Positions 1 to 9,739 of a DNA stretch of 35,562 nt are shown in pieces. The notes under the pieces were generated by a model. The model was given only the letters and a program-made list of their open reading frames with translations. It had not been told where the DNA came from and searched no databases. Origin of the DNA: Bdellovibrionales bacterium (GTDB lineage Bacteria; Bdellovibrionota; Bdellovibrionia; Bdellovibrionales; JAGQZY01); assembly GCA_031426555.1 (NCBI GenBank), contig JANPLN010000038.1, positions 1 to 35,562 of the forward strand, written 5' to 3'. The position numbers and the translations under genes are program-made. Each line of letters begins with the position of its first letter. Position 1 is the first letter of the stretch.

Positions 1-296
1 CCGCCGCCGCCACCACCGTAACCGCCGCCTCCGCCACCGCTACGACTTTCTTGTGGACGAGCTTCGCTGATTTTTAAAGCGCGACCGCCAAAATCCTGTC
101 CGTTCAAAGACTCGATAGCTTTCATAGCTAGTTCTTCTGAATTCATCTCAACAAAGGCAAACCCTTTGCTCCGACCAGTTGCGCGGTCGCTGATGATTTT
201 TACGCTATCGACATTTCCAACTTTCGTGAAAGCTTCTGTTAAAGCTTCTTCGGTTGCTGAAAAAGGAAGATTTCCTACATACAATTTATTACCCAT
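1..296 (-). CDS. RNA-binding protein (RRM/RNP-1 domain, Gly-rich C-terminal tail); runs off the left edge of the window
   Basis: Not in the ORF track. Manual minus-strand translation from ATG at 296 gives [23 protein letters not shown]...[20 protein letters not shown]...[40 protein letters not shown]. RNP2 (LYVGNL) and RNP1 (KGFAFVEM) are present. RBS GAGGA lies just upstream. Confidence 0.95.
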   Translation of the reverse strand, partial: [98 protein letters not shown]

Positions 297-436
297 GATT
301 CCTCACTACTTTTCCTATTAATTAGGATTCTATTTTTCACTTTTTACCGGAGTCCTCGAAGACCCCTTACCTCAGCAAAAAGCGGGGCCAGAGTATCAGA
401 GGTCATTTGAAAGGGAAAGTATTTTTTGCCAGATAT

Positions 437-991
437 TTACAAGCTTTTTAGGTAGCCCCAGAGATACTGACCAGCGGAAATCAGGCTCAAAACCAGGCTG
501 GCCCAAAGCCCCCAGTAGCCAATCCATTGTCCAGAAAGTGGCCCTACGGATTCGTAAATGAGGATAGCCGGGATGGCCACCATTTGCAGCGCGGTTTTCC
601 ATTTTCCTAAGGATCCTGCGGAGATAATCTTTCCCTCCGAGGCGGCAAACGACCGCAGACCATTGATAATTATATCGCGGTTTAACAGCACAACTACCAG
701 CAAGGCTTCGATGCGACCCAGTGGAATTAATAAAATCAACACCGTGGAAACTAAAAACTTATCGGCGATGGGGTCGAGGAGTCGTCCCAGGTTTGATTCC
801 ACTTTGTATTTACGGGCAAAGTACCCATCGAGCCAATCGGAGAGCGATGCGAGAATAAACAGTCCCGCCGAAAACCAGTTCCACAAAGGCGGTGCCATTA
901 ATATAAGAGCCACGATAAAAGGCACGGACAGAATCCGAAACAGGGTCAGCCAAAGTGGGAGTTGTTTTTTCCAGTAGGGAAGCGCGTTCAT
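437..991 (-). CDS. pgsA: CDP-diacylglycerol--glycerol-3-phosphate 3-phosphatidyltransferase
   Basis: CDP-alcohol phosphotransferase motif (SDWLDGYFARK...GRLLDPIADK), N-terminal LTLFRI, GKWKT motif and multiple TM helices. Confidence 0.93.
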   Translation of the reverse strand: MNALPYWKKQLPLWLTLFRILSVPFIVALILMAPPLWNWFSAGLFILASLSDWLDGYFARKYKVESNLGRLLDPIADKFLVSTVLILLIPLGRIEALLVVVLLNRDIIINGLRSFAASEGKIISAGSLGKWKTALQMVAIPAILIYESVGPLSGQWIGYWGLWASLVLSLISAGQYLWGYLKSL

Positions 992-1061
992 CGAAACAAT
1001 CTACCGGAGAGCCTTGCGGTCTGTCCATAGACATTTGCAGCCATTCCGTTGATAATTAGGA

Positions 1062-1682
1062 ATGAGTTTCTTCGTCTTCGCGGTTTTTTCTATGTGCCTC
1101 ACTTTCGGTCATGGTGCCGAGACGGAGTGGTGGCTTAAGCCAAGCACGCAAAAAAGAATTCGCGAGGAACGGGCTGTTATTATTTCTATCAACAGCAAAA
1201 GCGAAAATTCCAAAAATTATTATCACATGACGGGCGCGGGGGTGGTGAAGGCTACACCTGCCCATACGCTGAAAAAAATTCTGTCGTTTCAGGAGTTAGA
1301 AAAAGTAAGTCACTACTTTAAAAAAGTCACTCATCAGCCTGAGTACAATAGGGTTTATTTTCTTCTAGAGGCCTATGGGTATCAGGCGAGGCTGCTGATT
1401 AAATATGAAGTGCAGGAGAAGGACGATAGAACGGTTTTTGTGTGGAATGTTGTCTGGGGTGGCTTTCAGGGTATGATGGGACGTGTGGAGTTGACCAGTT
1501 TAGGGGGCGGTTCTGAGGCCGGCAAAACCCAGGCGATTTTAATCTCGCGTTTTGAAGATAAAGAAATCCCCCTGCCGCATATTTTTAAAGGCTTTGTGTT
1601 GGAAGTGATTGTGCAACATGTGGCCAAAAGTATGCGCGCCTGGATCGAAGAGTCGACCCCAACGGAAGGACCTAAAGGATGA
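1062..1682 (+). CDS. Secreted hypothetical protein, possible START/SRPBCC fold
   Basis: N-terminal signal-peptide-like segment. The pattern 'VKATPAHTLKKILSFQEL...WNVVWGGFQGMMGRVEL...' and a C-terminal amphipathic helix resemble SRPBCC/polyketide-cyclase folds. First gene of a tightly overlapping run. Confidence 0.55.
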   Translation: MSFFVFAVFSMCLTFGHGAETEWWLKPSTQKRIREERAVIISINSKSENSKNYYHMTGAGVVKATPAHTLKKILSFQELEKVSHYFKKVTHQPEYNRVYFLLEAYGYQARLLIKYEVQEKDDRTVFVWNVVWGGFQGMMGRVELTSLGGGSEAGKTQAILISRFEDKEIPLPHIFKGFVLEVIVQHVAKSMRAWIEESTPTEGPKG

Positions 1683-2350
1683 GTCAGAGAGAAGAGCGAC
1701 GGCGATACAGTCGAGTGCAGATGCAAGGCGTGGGCGCCATGATTTCCGGCCTCAGCGTGGAGCTGGTGGGTGTGGGCCCTGTGGAGCTGGTGGATTTGGG
1801 GTACGGCGGAGCCGCCTTTTCACAACCCGAGAAAGCGCGCGTGTCGCTCACCGGAGAGATTATTAATTTGGATTTTTTTATGAATGGCAAAAAAGGGCAT
1901 ACTCTAACGGCTCGCGTGGCACGTCTCACCGATCAGATGTTTGCTGTGGAGTTTGTTGAAGCCAGTAAAAATATGAAAACGTTTGTCGATCAGTTGATCT
2001 CTAACCGCATGGTGGGGCTCAACATGAATCTGGTGGACCCGCAATTTTATCGCGGAAAAGAAAGCTTTGCCTATTGGTTCCATGGTCCCAAAGGAACAAA
2101 TTTATTTTTATGGGAAAACAACGGAGCCTTACAAAAGGCCACCATGGATTTCCCCGACGTGGCTTTGCACTGGGAAAATGGAAAATTTAATATCGATAAT
2201 AAGATGAATCGCGGCACTCAATTGCAAGGGCCCGCACTGGGAGAAGGATTGCTGCGTTTGGCTGCCGAAATTTTAAGCCAGATGCGCTCCAATGTGGATT
2301 TGCTCGTTGTTTTTAAAAAGGTCGTCAACGAAAAGGTTCTTGCCGAGTGA
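1679..2350 (+). CDS. PilZ domain-containing protein
   Basis: ERRRYSR (RxxxR) and DLGYGG (variant D/NxSxxG) motifs, plus ARVAR...FAVEF beta strands. ATGA overlap with the upstream gene. Confidence 0.75.
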   Translation: MSQREERRRYSRVQMQGVGAMISGLSVELVGVGPVELVDLGYGGAAFSQPEKARVSLTGEIINLDFFMNGKKGHTLTARVARLTDQMFAVEFVEASKNMKTFVDQLISNRMVGLNMNLVDPQFYRGKESFAYWFHGPKGTNLFLWENNGALQKATMDFPDVALHWENGKFNIDNKMNRGTQLQGPALGEGLLRLAAEILSQMRSNVDLLVVFKKVVNEKVLAE

Positions 2351-2733
2351 TTTTTTCTTATTTAAGACGCATTAAATTTTACGAAACCGATGCCATGGGA
2401 ATTGTGCACCATGCAAATTATCTGCATTTTTTTGAAGATGCCAGAGTTGAACTTTTGCGCGCCAGCGGCTTTCTCCAGCAAAAGTCTTTGGATCAGATCA
2501 ATTATCCACTTTTAGAGTCCCAAGTGAGCTATAAAAAACCCCTTTATTTTGATGACGAAATCGAAGTTGTGGTGGACCTCACCTCCGACCTGTTGCGAAT
2601 GAGCTTTCGCTACGAAATTAGAACAAAAAGATACCCTGTTCCTGCGGCATTTGGTAGTACCGTACACATCGCTATGGACATGGAAACCCGCAAGCCCATC
2701 CGGCTTCCCGATGTTTTGAAAAATCTCACTTGA
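2347..2733 (+). CDS. Acyl-CoA thioesterase (YbgC/FadM-like, hotdog fold)
   Basis: ETDAMGIVHHANYLHFFEDAR signature and YKKPLYFDD. Confidence 0.9.
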   Translation: MIFSYLRRIKFYETDAMGIVHHANYLHFFEDARVELLRASGFLQQKSLDQINYPLLESQVSYKKPLYFDDEIEVVVDLTSDLLRMSFRYEIRTKRYPVPAAFGSTVHIAMDMETRKPIRLPDVLKNLT

Positions 2734-2742
2734 GGATGATGT

Positions 2743-3720
2743 ATGGATCGCAATTTAGCCCTAGAGTTTGTTAGAATCACCGAAGCTGCCGCCCTGGCTT
2801 GTTCCAAATGGACAGGACGCGGGGATTCCAATGCCGCTGATCAAGCCGCCGTGGATTCCATGCGCAAAGCCTTCGACTCCATCGACATCGAAGGGACTGT
2901 GGTTATCGGTGAAGGCGAGCGCGACGAAGCCCCCATGCTTTATATTGGCGAAAAAGTGGGCGCCGCAAAACCTGGAGCGCCAAAAGTTGATATTGCATTA
3001 GACCCTCTTGAGGGAACCAGTCTGTGTGCCCATGGAATCGTGGGAGCGCTTTCGGTGATTGCCGTTGCTGGGCAAGGAAAGTTTTTGCACGCTCCAGACA
3101 CCTACATGGATAAAATCGCCGTGGGCCCAGCGGCCTTGGGCGTCGTCAACATCGATGCGTCAGTGGAAGACAACGTCACTGCCGTTGCAAAGGCTCTCGA
3201 TAAAAAAGTCAGCGAAGTCACCGTGGTGGTTTTGGATCGCCCTCGACATAGCAATATTATCACCAGTCTGCGCAAAATGGGTTGTCGCATTTTATTAATT
3301 TCGGACGGCGACGTGTCCGCTGGAATCGCCACCAGTTGGGCCAACAGCGGAATCGATATGCTCCTTGGCACGGGCGGAGCCCCGGAAGGTGTTATTACCG
3401 CAGCCGCATTGAAGTGTCTGGGTGGAGATTTTCAAGGCAAACTTAAATTTCGCAACGATGATGAGCGCCGTCGAGCCAGCAAAATGGGCGTCAGCGATTT
3501 AGACCGAGCTTACAAGCGCGATGAATTGGCACAGGGACCGGTGATGTTTTGTGCGACCGGCGTAACTGATGGCGCGCTGTTAAAAGGCGTTCGCTATTTG
3601 GCCCATCGCCGCGTGCTAACGCAGTCGGTGGTGATGCGCTCCGAAACCGGCACAGTGCGCATGCTGGAATCGCATCATGATCTTTCGCGAAAACCAATTA
3701 TGTTTTCGGGCGAGCTATGA
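2743..3720 (+). CDS. glpX: Class II fructose-1,6-bisphosphatase
   Basis: VVIGEGERDEAPMLYIGE, DPLEGT, LDRPRH, DGDV, GGAPEGV and ATGVTDG motifs. Confidence 0.97.
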   Translation: MDRNLALEFVRITEAAALACSKWTGRGDSNAADQAAVDSMRKAFDSIDIEGTVVIGEGERDEAPMLYIGEKVGAAKPGAPKVDIALDPLEGTSLCAHGIVGALSVIAVAGQGKFLHAPDTYMDKIAVGPAALGVVNIDASVEDNVTAVAKALDKKVSEVTVVVLDRPRHSNIITSLRKMGCRILLISDGDVSAGIATSWANSGIDMLLGTGGAPEGVITAAALKCLGGDFQGKLKFRNDDERRRASKMGVSDLDRAYKRDELAQGPVMFCATGVTDGALLKGVRYLAHRRVLTQSVVMRSETGTVRMLESHHDLSRKPIMFSGEL

Positions 3721-4004
3721 ACGTCATTTGTTTTTCCTGTCAAAAATCTGTCGAGGTGATCGAGCGCGTTGGCTTTCGCGAAGAGTGTGGCTGCGGCGCC
3801 GATCTGCACGCCTGCAAGTGCTGTTCGTTTTATGATCCCAAGGTTTACAACGAGTGCCGCGAAACAAGTGCGGATGTGGTGCGCGAAAAAGAGCGCGCCA
3901 ATTACTGTGATTTTTTTCAGCCCAATGGACAAGCCGCCGAAAAAAATAAACGCGATTCGCTTTTAGCTGCGGCAGAAGCACTTTTTAAAAAAGGAGGCCA
4001 GTAA
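3717..4004 (+). CDS. Small Cys-rich conserved hypothetical protein (putative Zn-binding)
   Basis: CFSC...ECGCGADLHACKCCSFYD...CRE...ERANYCDFF. Translationally coupled on both sides (ATGA and TAATG overlaps). Confidence 0.7.
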   Translation: MNVICFSCQKSVEVIERVGFREECGCGADLHACKCCSFYDPKVYNECRETSADVVREKERANYCDFFQPNGQAAEKNKRDSLLAAAEALFKKGGQ

Positions 4005-4447
4005 TGGCAGAGGCCAATTATGTCGAAACTTTTAACTGCAGTCCGCAAGAGCTTTTTAATATTATTAAAGACTACGAAAAATACCCTGAGTTTTTAAAAG
4101 AAGTAAAATCCTGTAAAATTATCGAAGACAAGGGCACCGAAAAAATCGTGGAGTACCAGATTTCGGTGGTGAAGGATTTTTCGTACACGAATCAACAATT
4201 CGAAAAAGCCCCCAACCAGTTGCACTGGAAATTTATGAAGGGCGATCTTTTTAAATCCATGGAAGGTGGCTGGAAGCTGGAAGAAGTGGCTGGAAAAAAC
4301 GGCCAGCAAACCAAGGCCACCTATATCATCCGTGCGGAATTTTCGCTGTTCGTACCTGGATTCATGGTAAAAACGGCTCTTTCTGCAAATTTACCGGCCA
4401 TGATGAAGGCCTATCAACAACGTGTGAAGGAAATTTATGGAAAATAA
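4004..4447 (+). CDS. SRPBCC / Coq10-RatA-like (polyketide cyclase fold) protein
   Basis: IIKDYEKYPEFL and GDLFKSMEGGWKL motifs of the RatA/Coq10 START family. RBS AGGAGG. Confidence 0.85.
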   Translation: MAEANYVETFNCSPQELFNIIKDYEKYPEFLKEVKSCKIIEDKGTEKIVEYQISVVKDFSYTNQQFEKAPNQLHWKFMKGDLFKSMEGGWKLEEVAGKNGQQTKATYIIRAEFSLFVPGFMVKTALSANLPAMMKAYQQRVKEIYGK

Positions 4448-4847
4448 TAAATCAGAAAATAGTAACGTCGAGTTTAACTGGGAAACCGAAGCGCAAAAGA
4501 CCAGCGTATCTGCTGGTCTCACTGACGGCCTCAGTGAGGGCTTGATAAAGATTTTAACGACCGGTATTTCGGCAGTGCTGATGTCAGAAGAAGGGGTCCG
4601 CCAGTATGTACAGGAGCTCAAGCTTCCAAAGGATGCGCTCGGCAATCTGGTGAAAGGCATTGCCAAGTCCAAAGAGGAAATCGCGACCCGCGTGGGCACT
4701 GAGTTTTCAAAACTTGTCGAGAAAATCGATCTGGTCGAGGAGATGGCTAAATTTTTGCGGGAGAATAAAATTAAAATCTCGGCGGAGATTGAATTTTCGA
4801 AGAAAGAAAAATCGAAGCCCGAAAAAAATAAATCTGAAAAGAGCTAA
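4437..4847 (+). CDS. Hypothetical helical protein with a Lys-rich C-terminal tail
   Basis: Overlaps the upstream gene and sits in operon context. 'TGISAVLMSEEGVR...LPKD' is weakly phasin-like. Confidence 0.65.
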   Translation: MENNKSENSNVEFNWETEAQKTSVSAGLTDGLSEGLIKILTTGISAVLMSEEGVRQYVQELKLPKDALGNLVKGIAKSKEEIATRVGTEFSKLVEKIDLVEEMAKFLRENKIKISAEIEFSKKEKSKPEKNKSEKS

Positions 4848-4852
4848 ACAAA

Positions 4853-5818
4853 ATGGGTTTCGCGCTCGAAGTGAAGGTTTACAATTTTTTAAAACCACTT
4901 CGCGGAAAAAACTTTCTGCTCGCCATCAGCGGCGGGAGCGACTCCATGGCCCTGCTCAAGGTTTTTGAAGCTCTAGCTCCGAAGCTGCAGATTCAATTGG
5001 CTGTGGGGCACGTTCACCATGGTGCCAGCGACGATAAAAACCAAGTTACCTTTCGCAACCGCTGTTTCGAATACTTAAAAAAGCACTGCCACGACCGCAA
5101 GATTTCTTTTTTGTGCAATATCGATCAGCTTGCAGACTTGCAAGGGCTTCGGCCTCTTATAGATTCCGAGGCCGAATTCCGGCGGCACCGCCAGGCGTGT
5201 TTTAAAGCTTTCGACCTGCGAGGTCCGTTTGATTTTGTCGTTTTCGCGCACCACCAGGAAGACCTGTTTGAAACCCGTTTGCTTCGCATGCTGCGCGGAA
5301 CTGGACCCCAGGGGCTTGTGGCAATGTCGTTTCAAAAGGGGCGTTTTCTTCGGCCGTTTTTGCAAACGTCAAAAGCGGAGTTAAGTGCGTATTTGGCAGA
5401 CGGCGAATTTTTTGCCGACCCCTCCAACGATTCAACGCGCTATCTACGGAATTGGCTGCGTAAAATATGGCTACCAGCCTTGGAAAAAAAACGTCCAGGA
5501 TCCGTGCACAGCTTGCAGCAGTCCTTAGATCTTTGCCTGGAAGCGCTGCAGACCGTGCCCTCCTTGGACTTTTGTTTTGATGATAAAATGCAGGTTCTGC
5601 GTTCTGAGTACATCGGGCTGTCAAGTGCTGAAAAAAAGCGGGTCTGGGCGCAGTACCTAAAACAAAAAGGCGTTAAAAATTACGGACTTTCGCACATAAA
5701 TGAGCTGGTGAAGCGCCTTGACGTGGAACAAAAAGATCTCACATTTATATTGTTAGAAAAAAGATGGCTAGCTAACGCACGGCACATTTGGTGTGAATCC
5801 AAAAACACGTTAGAATAG
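4853..5818 (+). CDS. tilS: tRNA(Ile)-lysidine synthetase (short form)
   Basis: PP-loop AISGGSDSMALL, AHHQEDLFETRLLRMLRGTG, RPFL and DPSNDSTRYLRN. Directly upstream of ftsH. Confidence 0.93.
   Translation: MGFALEVKVYNFLKPLRGKNFLLAISGGSDSMALLKVFEALAPKLQIQLAVGHVHHGASDDKNQVTFRNRCFEYLKKHCHDRKISFLCNIDQLADLQGLRPLIDSEAEFRRHRQACFKAFDLRGPFDFVVFAHHQEDLFETRLLRMLRGTGPQGLVAMSFQKGRFLRPFLQTSKAELSAYLADGEFFADPSNDSTRYLRNWLRKIWLPALEKKRPGSVHSLQQSLDLCLEALQTVPSLDFCFDDKMQVLRSEYIGLSSAEKKRVWAQYLKQKGVKNYGLSHINELVKRLDVEQKDLTFILLEKRWLANARHIWCESKNTLE
5717..5746 (+). promoter_or_regulatory. Possible sigma32-like promoter for ftsH within the 3' end of tilS
   Basis: CTTGAC-N15-CTCACATTT resembles the heat-shock consensus CTTGAA...CCCCATNT. 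The match is only partial. Confidence 0.25.
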
Positions 5819-5862
5819 TAAGCCAGGGTCTCTGATTTTCGGGACCGTTTCAATGAGGAGAC

Positions 5863-7842
5863 TTGATGAGCGCATCACAAAAAACCGCAGCTTTCTGGGC
5901 TTTAGCGATTGTTGTCGCATTAATTGCAGTTCAGTTTTACCAGCAAAAGCAAGACACTTACATTCAAGATTTTGATTATTCAAAGTATCACGCAGCTGTT
6001 GAAGGTGGAAAGCTGGAGTCTGTCACGCTGACACCGCCACTGGGCCGAATTGCTGGCGTTGTGAAAGAAGCTTTTGTGAAAGAGCTGGGCGGAAAAAAGT
6101 TTTCCATCGACGGCGATACGGGCGATCGCCAAGTTACTTTTTTAGAGCGCAATTCCATTATTCCAAATTTCGATAATAACCAAGAAACTCCTTACATGAT
6201 GATTTTGGTTCAGGCTCTGCCATTTTTGTTGATCGCAGGGTTTCTGTTTTTCTTATTTCGACAAATCCAAGTGGGTGGCGGGAAAGCCATGTCCTTCGGA
6301 AAGAGCCGTGCAAAGCTTCTCACTGAAAATAAAAACAAGGTCACATTTAAAGACGTAGCCGGCGTCGAAGAGGCGAAGGAAGAGCTTCGCGAGATCGTCC
6401 AGTTTTTAAAAGATCCAAAAAAATACACGAGGCTTGGTGGAAAAATTCCAAAGGGCGTACTGCTCGTTGGCTCACCGGGGACCGGAAAAACGTTGCTTGC
6501 TCGCGCGGTGGCCGGCGAAGCAGGAGTGCCGTTCTTTACCATTTCAGGTTCTGACTTCGTCGAAATGTTTGTTGGCGTTGGCGCAAGCCGGGTTCGCGAT
6601 CTTTTCGAGCAGGGTAAAAAGAGCGCGCCTTGTTTGATCTTTATCGATGAGATCGATGCTGTGGGTCGCCACCGTGGCGCTGGGATGGGTGGGGGTCACG
6701 ACGAGCGTGAACAAACTCTGAACCAAATGCTCGTGGAGATGGATGGCTTTGAAAGCAACGAAGGTGTGATTTTAATTGCTGCGACTAACCGTCCCGATGT
6801 TTTAGATCCAGCTTTATTGCGACCCGGTCGATTTGATCGCCGCGTGGTAGTGAGTGCTCCTGATCTAAAAGGACGTGAAATGATTCTCGCTGTGCACAGT
6901 AAAAAAGTGCCATTGGCTTCGAACGTAGATATTAAAAAAATCGGACGCGGAACTCCTGGGTTTACTGGAGCTGACCTTGCAAATCTTGTCAACGAAGCTG
7001 CTCTTTCGGCAGCAAGACACGAGCGCAATAAAGTCACCATGGAAGATTTTGAGTACGCCAAAGACAAAGTGATGATGGGCGCTGAACGAAAATCCATGGT
7101 TATTAACGATGCAGACAAAAAAATCACGGCTTACCATGAGGCTGGGCATGCCCTTGTTGGAAAACTTTTAAAGGGTGGCGACGCCATTCACAAAGTGACC
7201 ATCATCCCACGCGGTATGGCTTTGGGACTCACGCAGTTTTTACCCGAAGAAGATCGTTTAAATATTTCAAAGAAAAAAGCAGAGATGATGATTGTGACTC
7301 TGTTTGGTGGACGAATCGCCGAAGAATTAATTTTTCAAGATTCCACCACCGGCGCAGGCAACGACATTGAGCGCGCCACGTCCATTGCGCGCCGAATGGT
7401 GTGTGAATGGGGCATGAGCGAAAAGCTGGGTCCGTTGGCTTACGCGAAGAGCGAAGGACCCGTGTTTTTGGGAATGCAGAGCAATCAAACCAAAGAATAC
7501 TCGGACGCCAAGGCGCAAGAGATCGACGCCGAAGTTCATCGCATTGTGATGGAAGGCTACAACCACGCCAAACGTTTGATTCAAGATAACATCAAGGTTC
7601 TGCACGAAGTGGCTGCGGCTCTCCTAGAATTTGAAACCATCGATGGCGATGACGTGGATATGTTATTTAAGGGTGGTAGCATCGAAGATGTGCGCCGTAA
7701 AATGAAGGACCACGAAGTTTCCATGGCCAAAGAACAAGAAGAGGCGCGCGAGAAGGAAAACTCCGAGCGCGAAGAGCTTGTGAAAAAACCCATCAAAGGT
7801 GGGAGCGGCGGACTGGGCGACCCCGATCCAATCACCATCTAG
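5863..7842 (+). CDS. ftsH: ATP-dependent zinc metalloprotease FtsH
   Basis: Two N-terminal TM segments, Walker A GSPGTGKT, Walker [31 protein letters not shown] and HEAGH zinc motif. RBS GAGGAG; ATG at 5866 is an equally likely start. Confidence 0.98.
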   Translation: MMSASQKTAAFWALAIVVALIAVQFYQQKQDTYIQDFDYSKYHAAVEGGKLESVTLTPPLGRIAGVVKEAFVKELGGKKFSIDGDTGDRQVTFLERNSIIPNFDNNQETPYMMILVQALPFLLIAGFLFFLFRQIQVGGGKAMSFGKSRAKLLTENKNKVTFKDVAGVEEAKEELREIVQFLKDPKKYTRLGGKIPKGVLLVGSPGTGKTLLARAVAGEAGVPFFTISGSDFVEMFVGVGASRVRDLFEQGKKSAPCLIFIDEIDAVGRHRGAGMGGGHDEREQTLNQMLVEMDGFESNEGVILIAATNRPDVLDPALLRPGRFDRRVVVSAPDLKGREMILAVHSKKVPLASNVDIKKIGRGTPGFTGADLANLVNEAALSAARHERNKVTMEDFEYAKDKVMMGAERKSMVINDADKKITAYHEAGHALVGKLLKGGDAIHKVTIIPRGMALGLTQFLPEEDRLNISKKKAEMMIVTLFGGRIAEELIFQDSTTGAGNDIERATSIARRMVCEWGMSEKLGPLAYAKSEGPVFLGMQSNQTKEYSDAKAQEIDAEVHRIVMEGYNHAKRLIQDNIKVLHEVAAALLEFETIDGDDVDMLFKGGSIEDVRRKMKDHEVSMAKEQEEAREKENSEREELVKKPIKGGSGGLGDPDPITI

Positions 7843-7858
7843 GACTTCAAAAATAGCT

Positions 7859-7984
7859 AGCAACAGCTGAAAAAGCACAATCTGCTTCGTTGCCTTCGGC
7901 AAAATCGTACTCGGTGGACGTGAAGTCCACCTCCGTGCGCTTTAACCTCGTCGCCTCGCATCTTGTACTTTTTGAGCTGTTGCT
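7859..7984. repeat. 126-bp imperfect palindrome (REP/MITE-like element)
   Basis: Outer arms AGCAACAGCTGAAAAAGCACAA and TTGTACTTTTTGAGCTGTTGCT are complementary at 20/22 positions. Inner stem GGTGGAC-GTGAA-GTCCACC at 7913-7931. Lies directly after the ftsH stop. Confidence 0.75.
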
Positions 7985-8107
7985 GACGGCAACACAAACT
8001 GAATATAAACTGTAACTATTTCATTTAAATAGCTTCAGGCATCTTTGTGCTGTGAACTCTTGTCCGATCACGGTAACAATCCGTTTATATTCTTTTAAGG
8101 AGGAATT

Positions 8108-8452
8108 ATGAAGTCACTTATTTTTGCATCATTTATTTTATCAACAAGCGTTTCGTTGGCCAATAACATCTGTGACGTTGAGACCATTACGAAGAACTAT
8201 TGCGCCACAATCGATTGGGCTGAGGACAATCATTCATCCGAATGTCCCATCGAAATCAACTCTGTGATGTTTGTTCAATCGTACAAAGCAGGAAACAAAC
8301 TCGAGTTCTACTCTACCGATGTAGTGTTCGAAGAGAGCGGCGATTTATTTGAAATCACCGGAAACTACATGGGTGGAACAGGCATTGACATGGTACTTGT
8401 TGAACCGAAGAGCTGCGCCATCCTCGATCAAACAAATGTGTACTCGGAGTAA
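8108..8452 (+). CDS. Small secreted acidic hypothetical protein (4 Cys)
   Basis: Strong RBS TAAGGAGG and Sec signal peptide MKSLIFASFILSTSVSLA. Confidence 0.8.
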   Translation: MKSLIFASFILSTSVSLANNICDVETITKNYCATIDWAEDNHSSECPIEINSVMFVQSYKAGNKLEFYSTDVVFEESGDLFEITGNYMGGTGIDMVLVEPKSCAILDQTNVYSE

Positions 8453-8460
8453 TAGAGGTA

Positions 8461-8488
8461 AATCAGCGAGACCAAAACCTCGCCGATT
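8461..8488 (-). terminator. Hairpin between convergent genes, likely a terminator
   Basis: AATCAGCGAG-N8-CTCGCCGATT forms a 10-bp stem with one G-U pair on the minus strand. The U-tract is weak. Confidence 0.4.
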
Positions 8489-9739
8489 CTATGACTCCAA
8501 GTAATCTAAATCCTTGTGAAACGTTTCTTCCATGTGCCACGTGGAAAGATAGGCCAACGCCAGGCAGCTGCTGCCGACGATCATGGCGGCGGTTTTTAAA
8601 TCGGTGTGGTTTTGAAAAAGCTGAAAGAAAAACGTGAGTGGGATCACGGCACCGCGAACAAAGTTAGGTACTGTCGTAGCGACAGTGGAGCGAATGTTCG
8701 TGCCAAATTGCTCGGCGCTGATGGTGACGAATACCGCCCAGTAGCCGGTTGAAAAACCAAGAAGTCCGCAGACAAAATAAAACATCACAAGCGACGGCGC
8801 TTCTAGATTTAAATACATAAAACTTGTGATCGCCGTGAGATGTAAAAAAACAAAAACCGAAAATCTGCGGCTCTTTAAAAACTGACTCAGCAAGCCACTT
8901 GCTAAGTCGCCCAGGGACAGCCCCAAGTAGGACCACATCACCGCGTGTCCAGCTTTAACAAGATCACCCATTCCCATGTGCTGACTGAGCTCGGGCGAAA
9001 AGGTGATTAAAATTCCAATGACAAACCAAATGGGCACACCAATCAAAATGCAGCGCAGGTACTTCAAAAAATTCTTGGTGCTCGAGAAAAGCAAAAAGAA
9101 GTTTCCCCTGTTGGTTGCTTTGTCTTTGACCTGCTCAAAAAGGTGCGACTCCGCGACACCCACGCGCAGGGCCAGGAGGCTGAAGCCAAGCCCTCCGCCA
9201 ATGAGATAGGCCGTGCGCCAGTGGGTAAGATCGCCAATCACGCCGCCCACCACGGCGCCTAAAATGCCGATGCTCGCGACGATGGTGGTTCCGATACCGC
9301 GCTTGTTTTTAGGCAACAGTTCCGAAACGAGCGTGATACCGGCACCCAGTTCTCCCGCCAAGCCCACGCCGGCGACAAAGCGCCAAATGGCGTAGGTGTC
9401 CACACTGGTGACAAAACTGTTGGCAATATTGGCAGTGGAGTACAGAAAAATCGAGCCGAACAAAACCGATAGACGGCCACGGACGTCGCCGATGGCGCCC
9501 CAAATAATACCTCCGACCAAAAGTCCCAACATTTGAATGTTGATTAAAAACATCCCTTGATCGAGTAAATCGGCATCGGCAACGCCGATATCCTTTAAAC
9601 TGTTCACGCGAACGATGCTAAATAGCAACAGGTCGTAGATGTCGACAAAGTATCCCAAGGCGGCCACGATCACCGTGAGCATAATTTTTTTGTTTAATAC
9701 TGGATCTGTGATCTGAGGTTTGTGAGCTGTTGAGTGCAT
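8489..9739 (-). CDS. MFS transporter
   Basis: About 12 TM helices, VIVAALGYFVDIYDLLLF, motif A (GAIGDVRGR), RFVAGVGLAGE and EQFGTNIR. ATG at 9739 preferred over the track start at 9781. Confidence 0.92.
   Translation of the reverse strand: MHSTAHKPQITDPVLNKKIMLTVIVAALGYFVDIYDLLLFSIVRVNSLKDIGVADADLLDQGMFLINIQMLGLLVGGIIWGAIGDVRGRLSVLFGSIFLYSTANIANSFVTSVDTYAIWRFVAGVGLAGELGAGITLVSELLPKNKRGIGTTIVASIGILGAVVGGVIGDLTHWRTAYLIGGGLGFSLLALRVGVAESHLFEQVKDKATNRGNFFLLFSSTKNFLKYLRCILIGVPIWFVIGILITFSPELSQHMGMGDLVKAGHAVMWSYLGLSLGDLASGLLSQFLKSRRFSVFVFLHLTAITSFMYLNLEAPSLVMFYFVCGLLGFSTGYWAVFVTISAEQFGTNIRSTVATTVPNFVRGAVIPLTFFFQLFQNHTDLKTAAMIVGSSCLALAYLSTWHMEETFHKDLDYLES

Noticed and set aside
297..436. tRNA cluster downstream of pgsA (as in Gammaproteobacteria)
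   Set aside because: No cloverleaf, T-loop GTTCGA or CCA end is visible; the region looks like the RRM gene leader.
4004..4447. RatA toxin-antitoxin pair
   Set aside because: No RatB/RnfH-like ubiquitin-fold neighbour; the START fold alone does not indicate a toxin.
8037..8052. AGGCATCTTTGTGCT as a sigma54 box before the 8108 gene
   Set aside because: Spacing is GG-N9-GC, and sigma54 requires N10.
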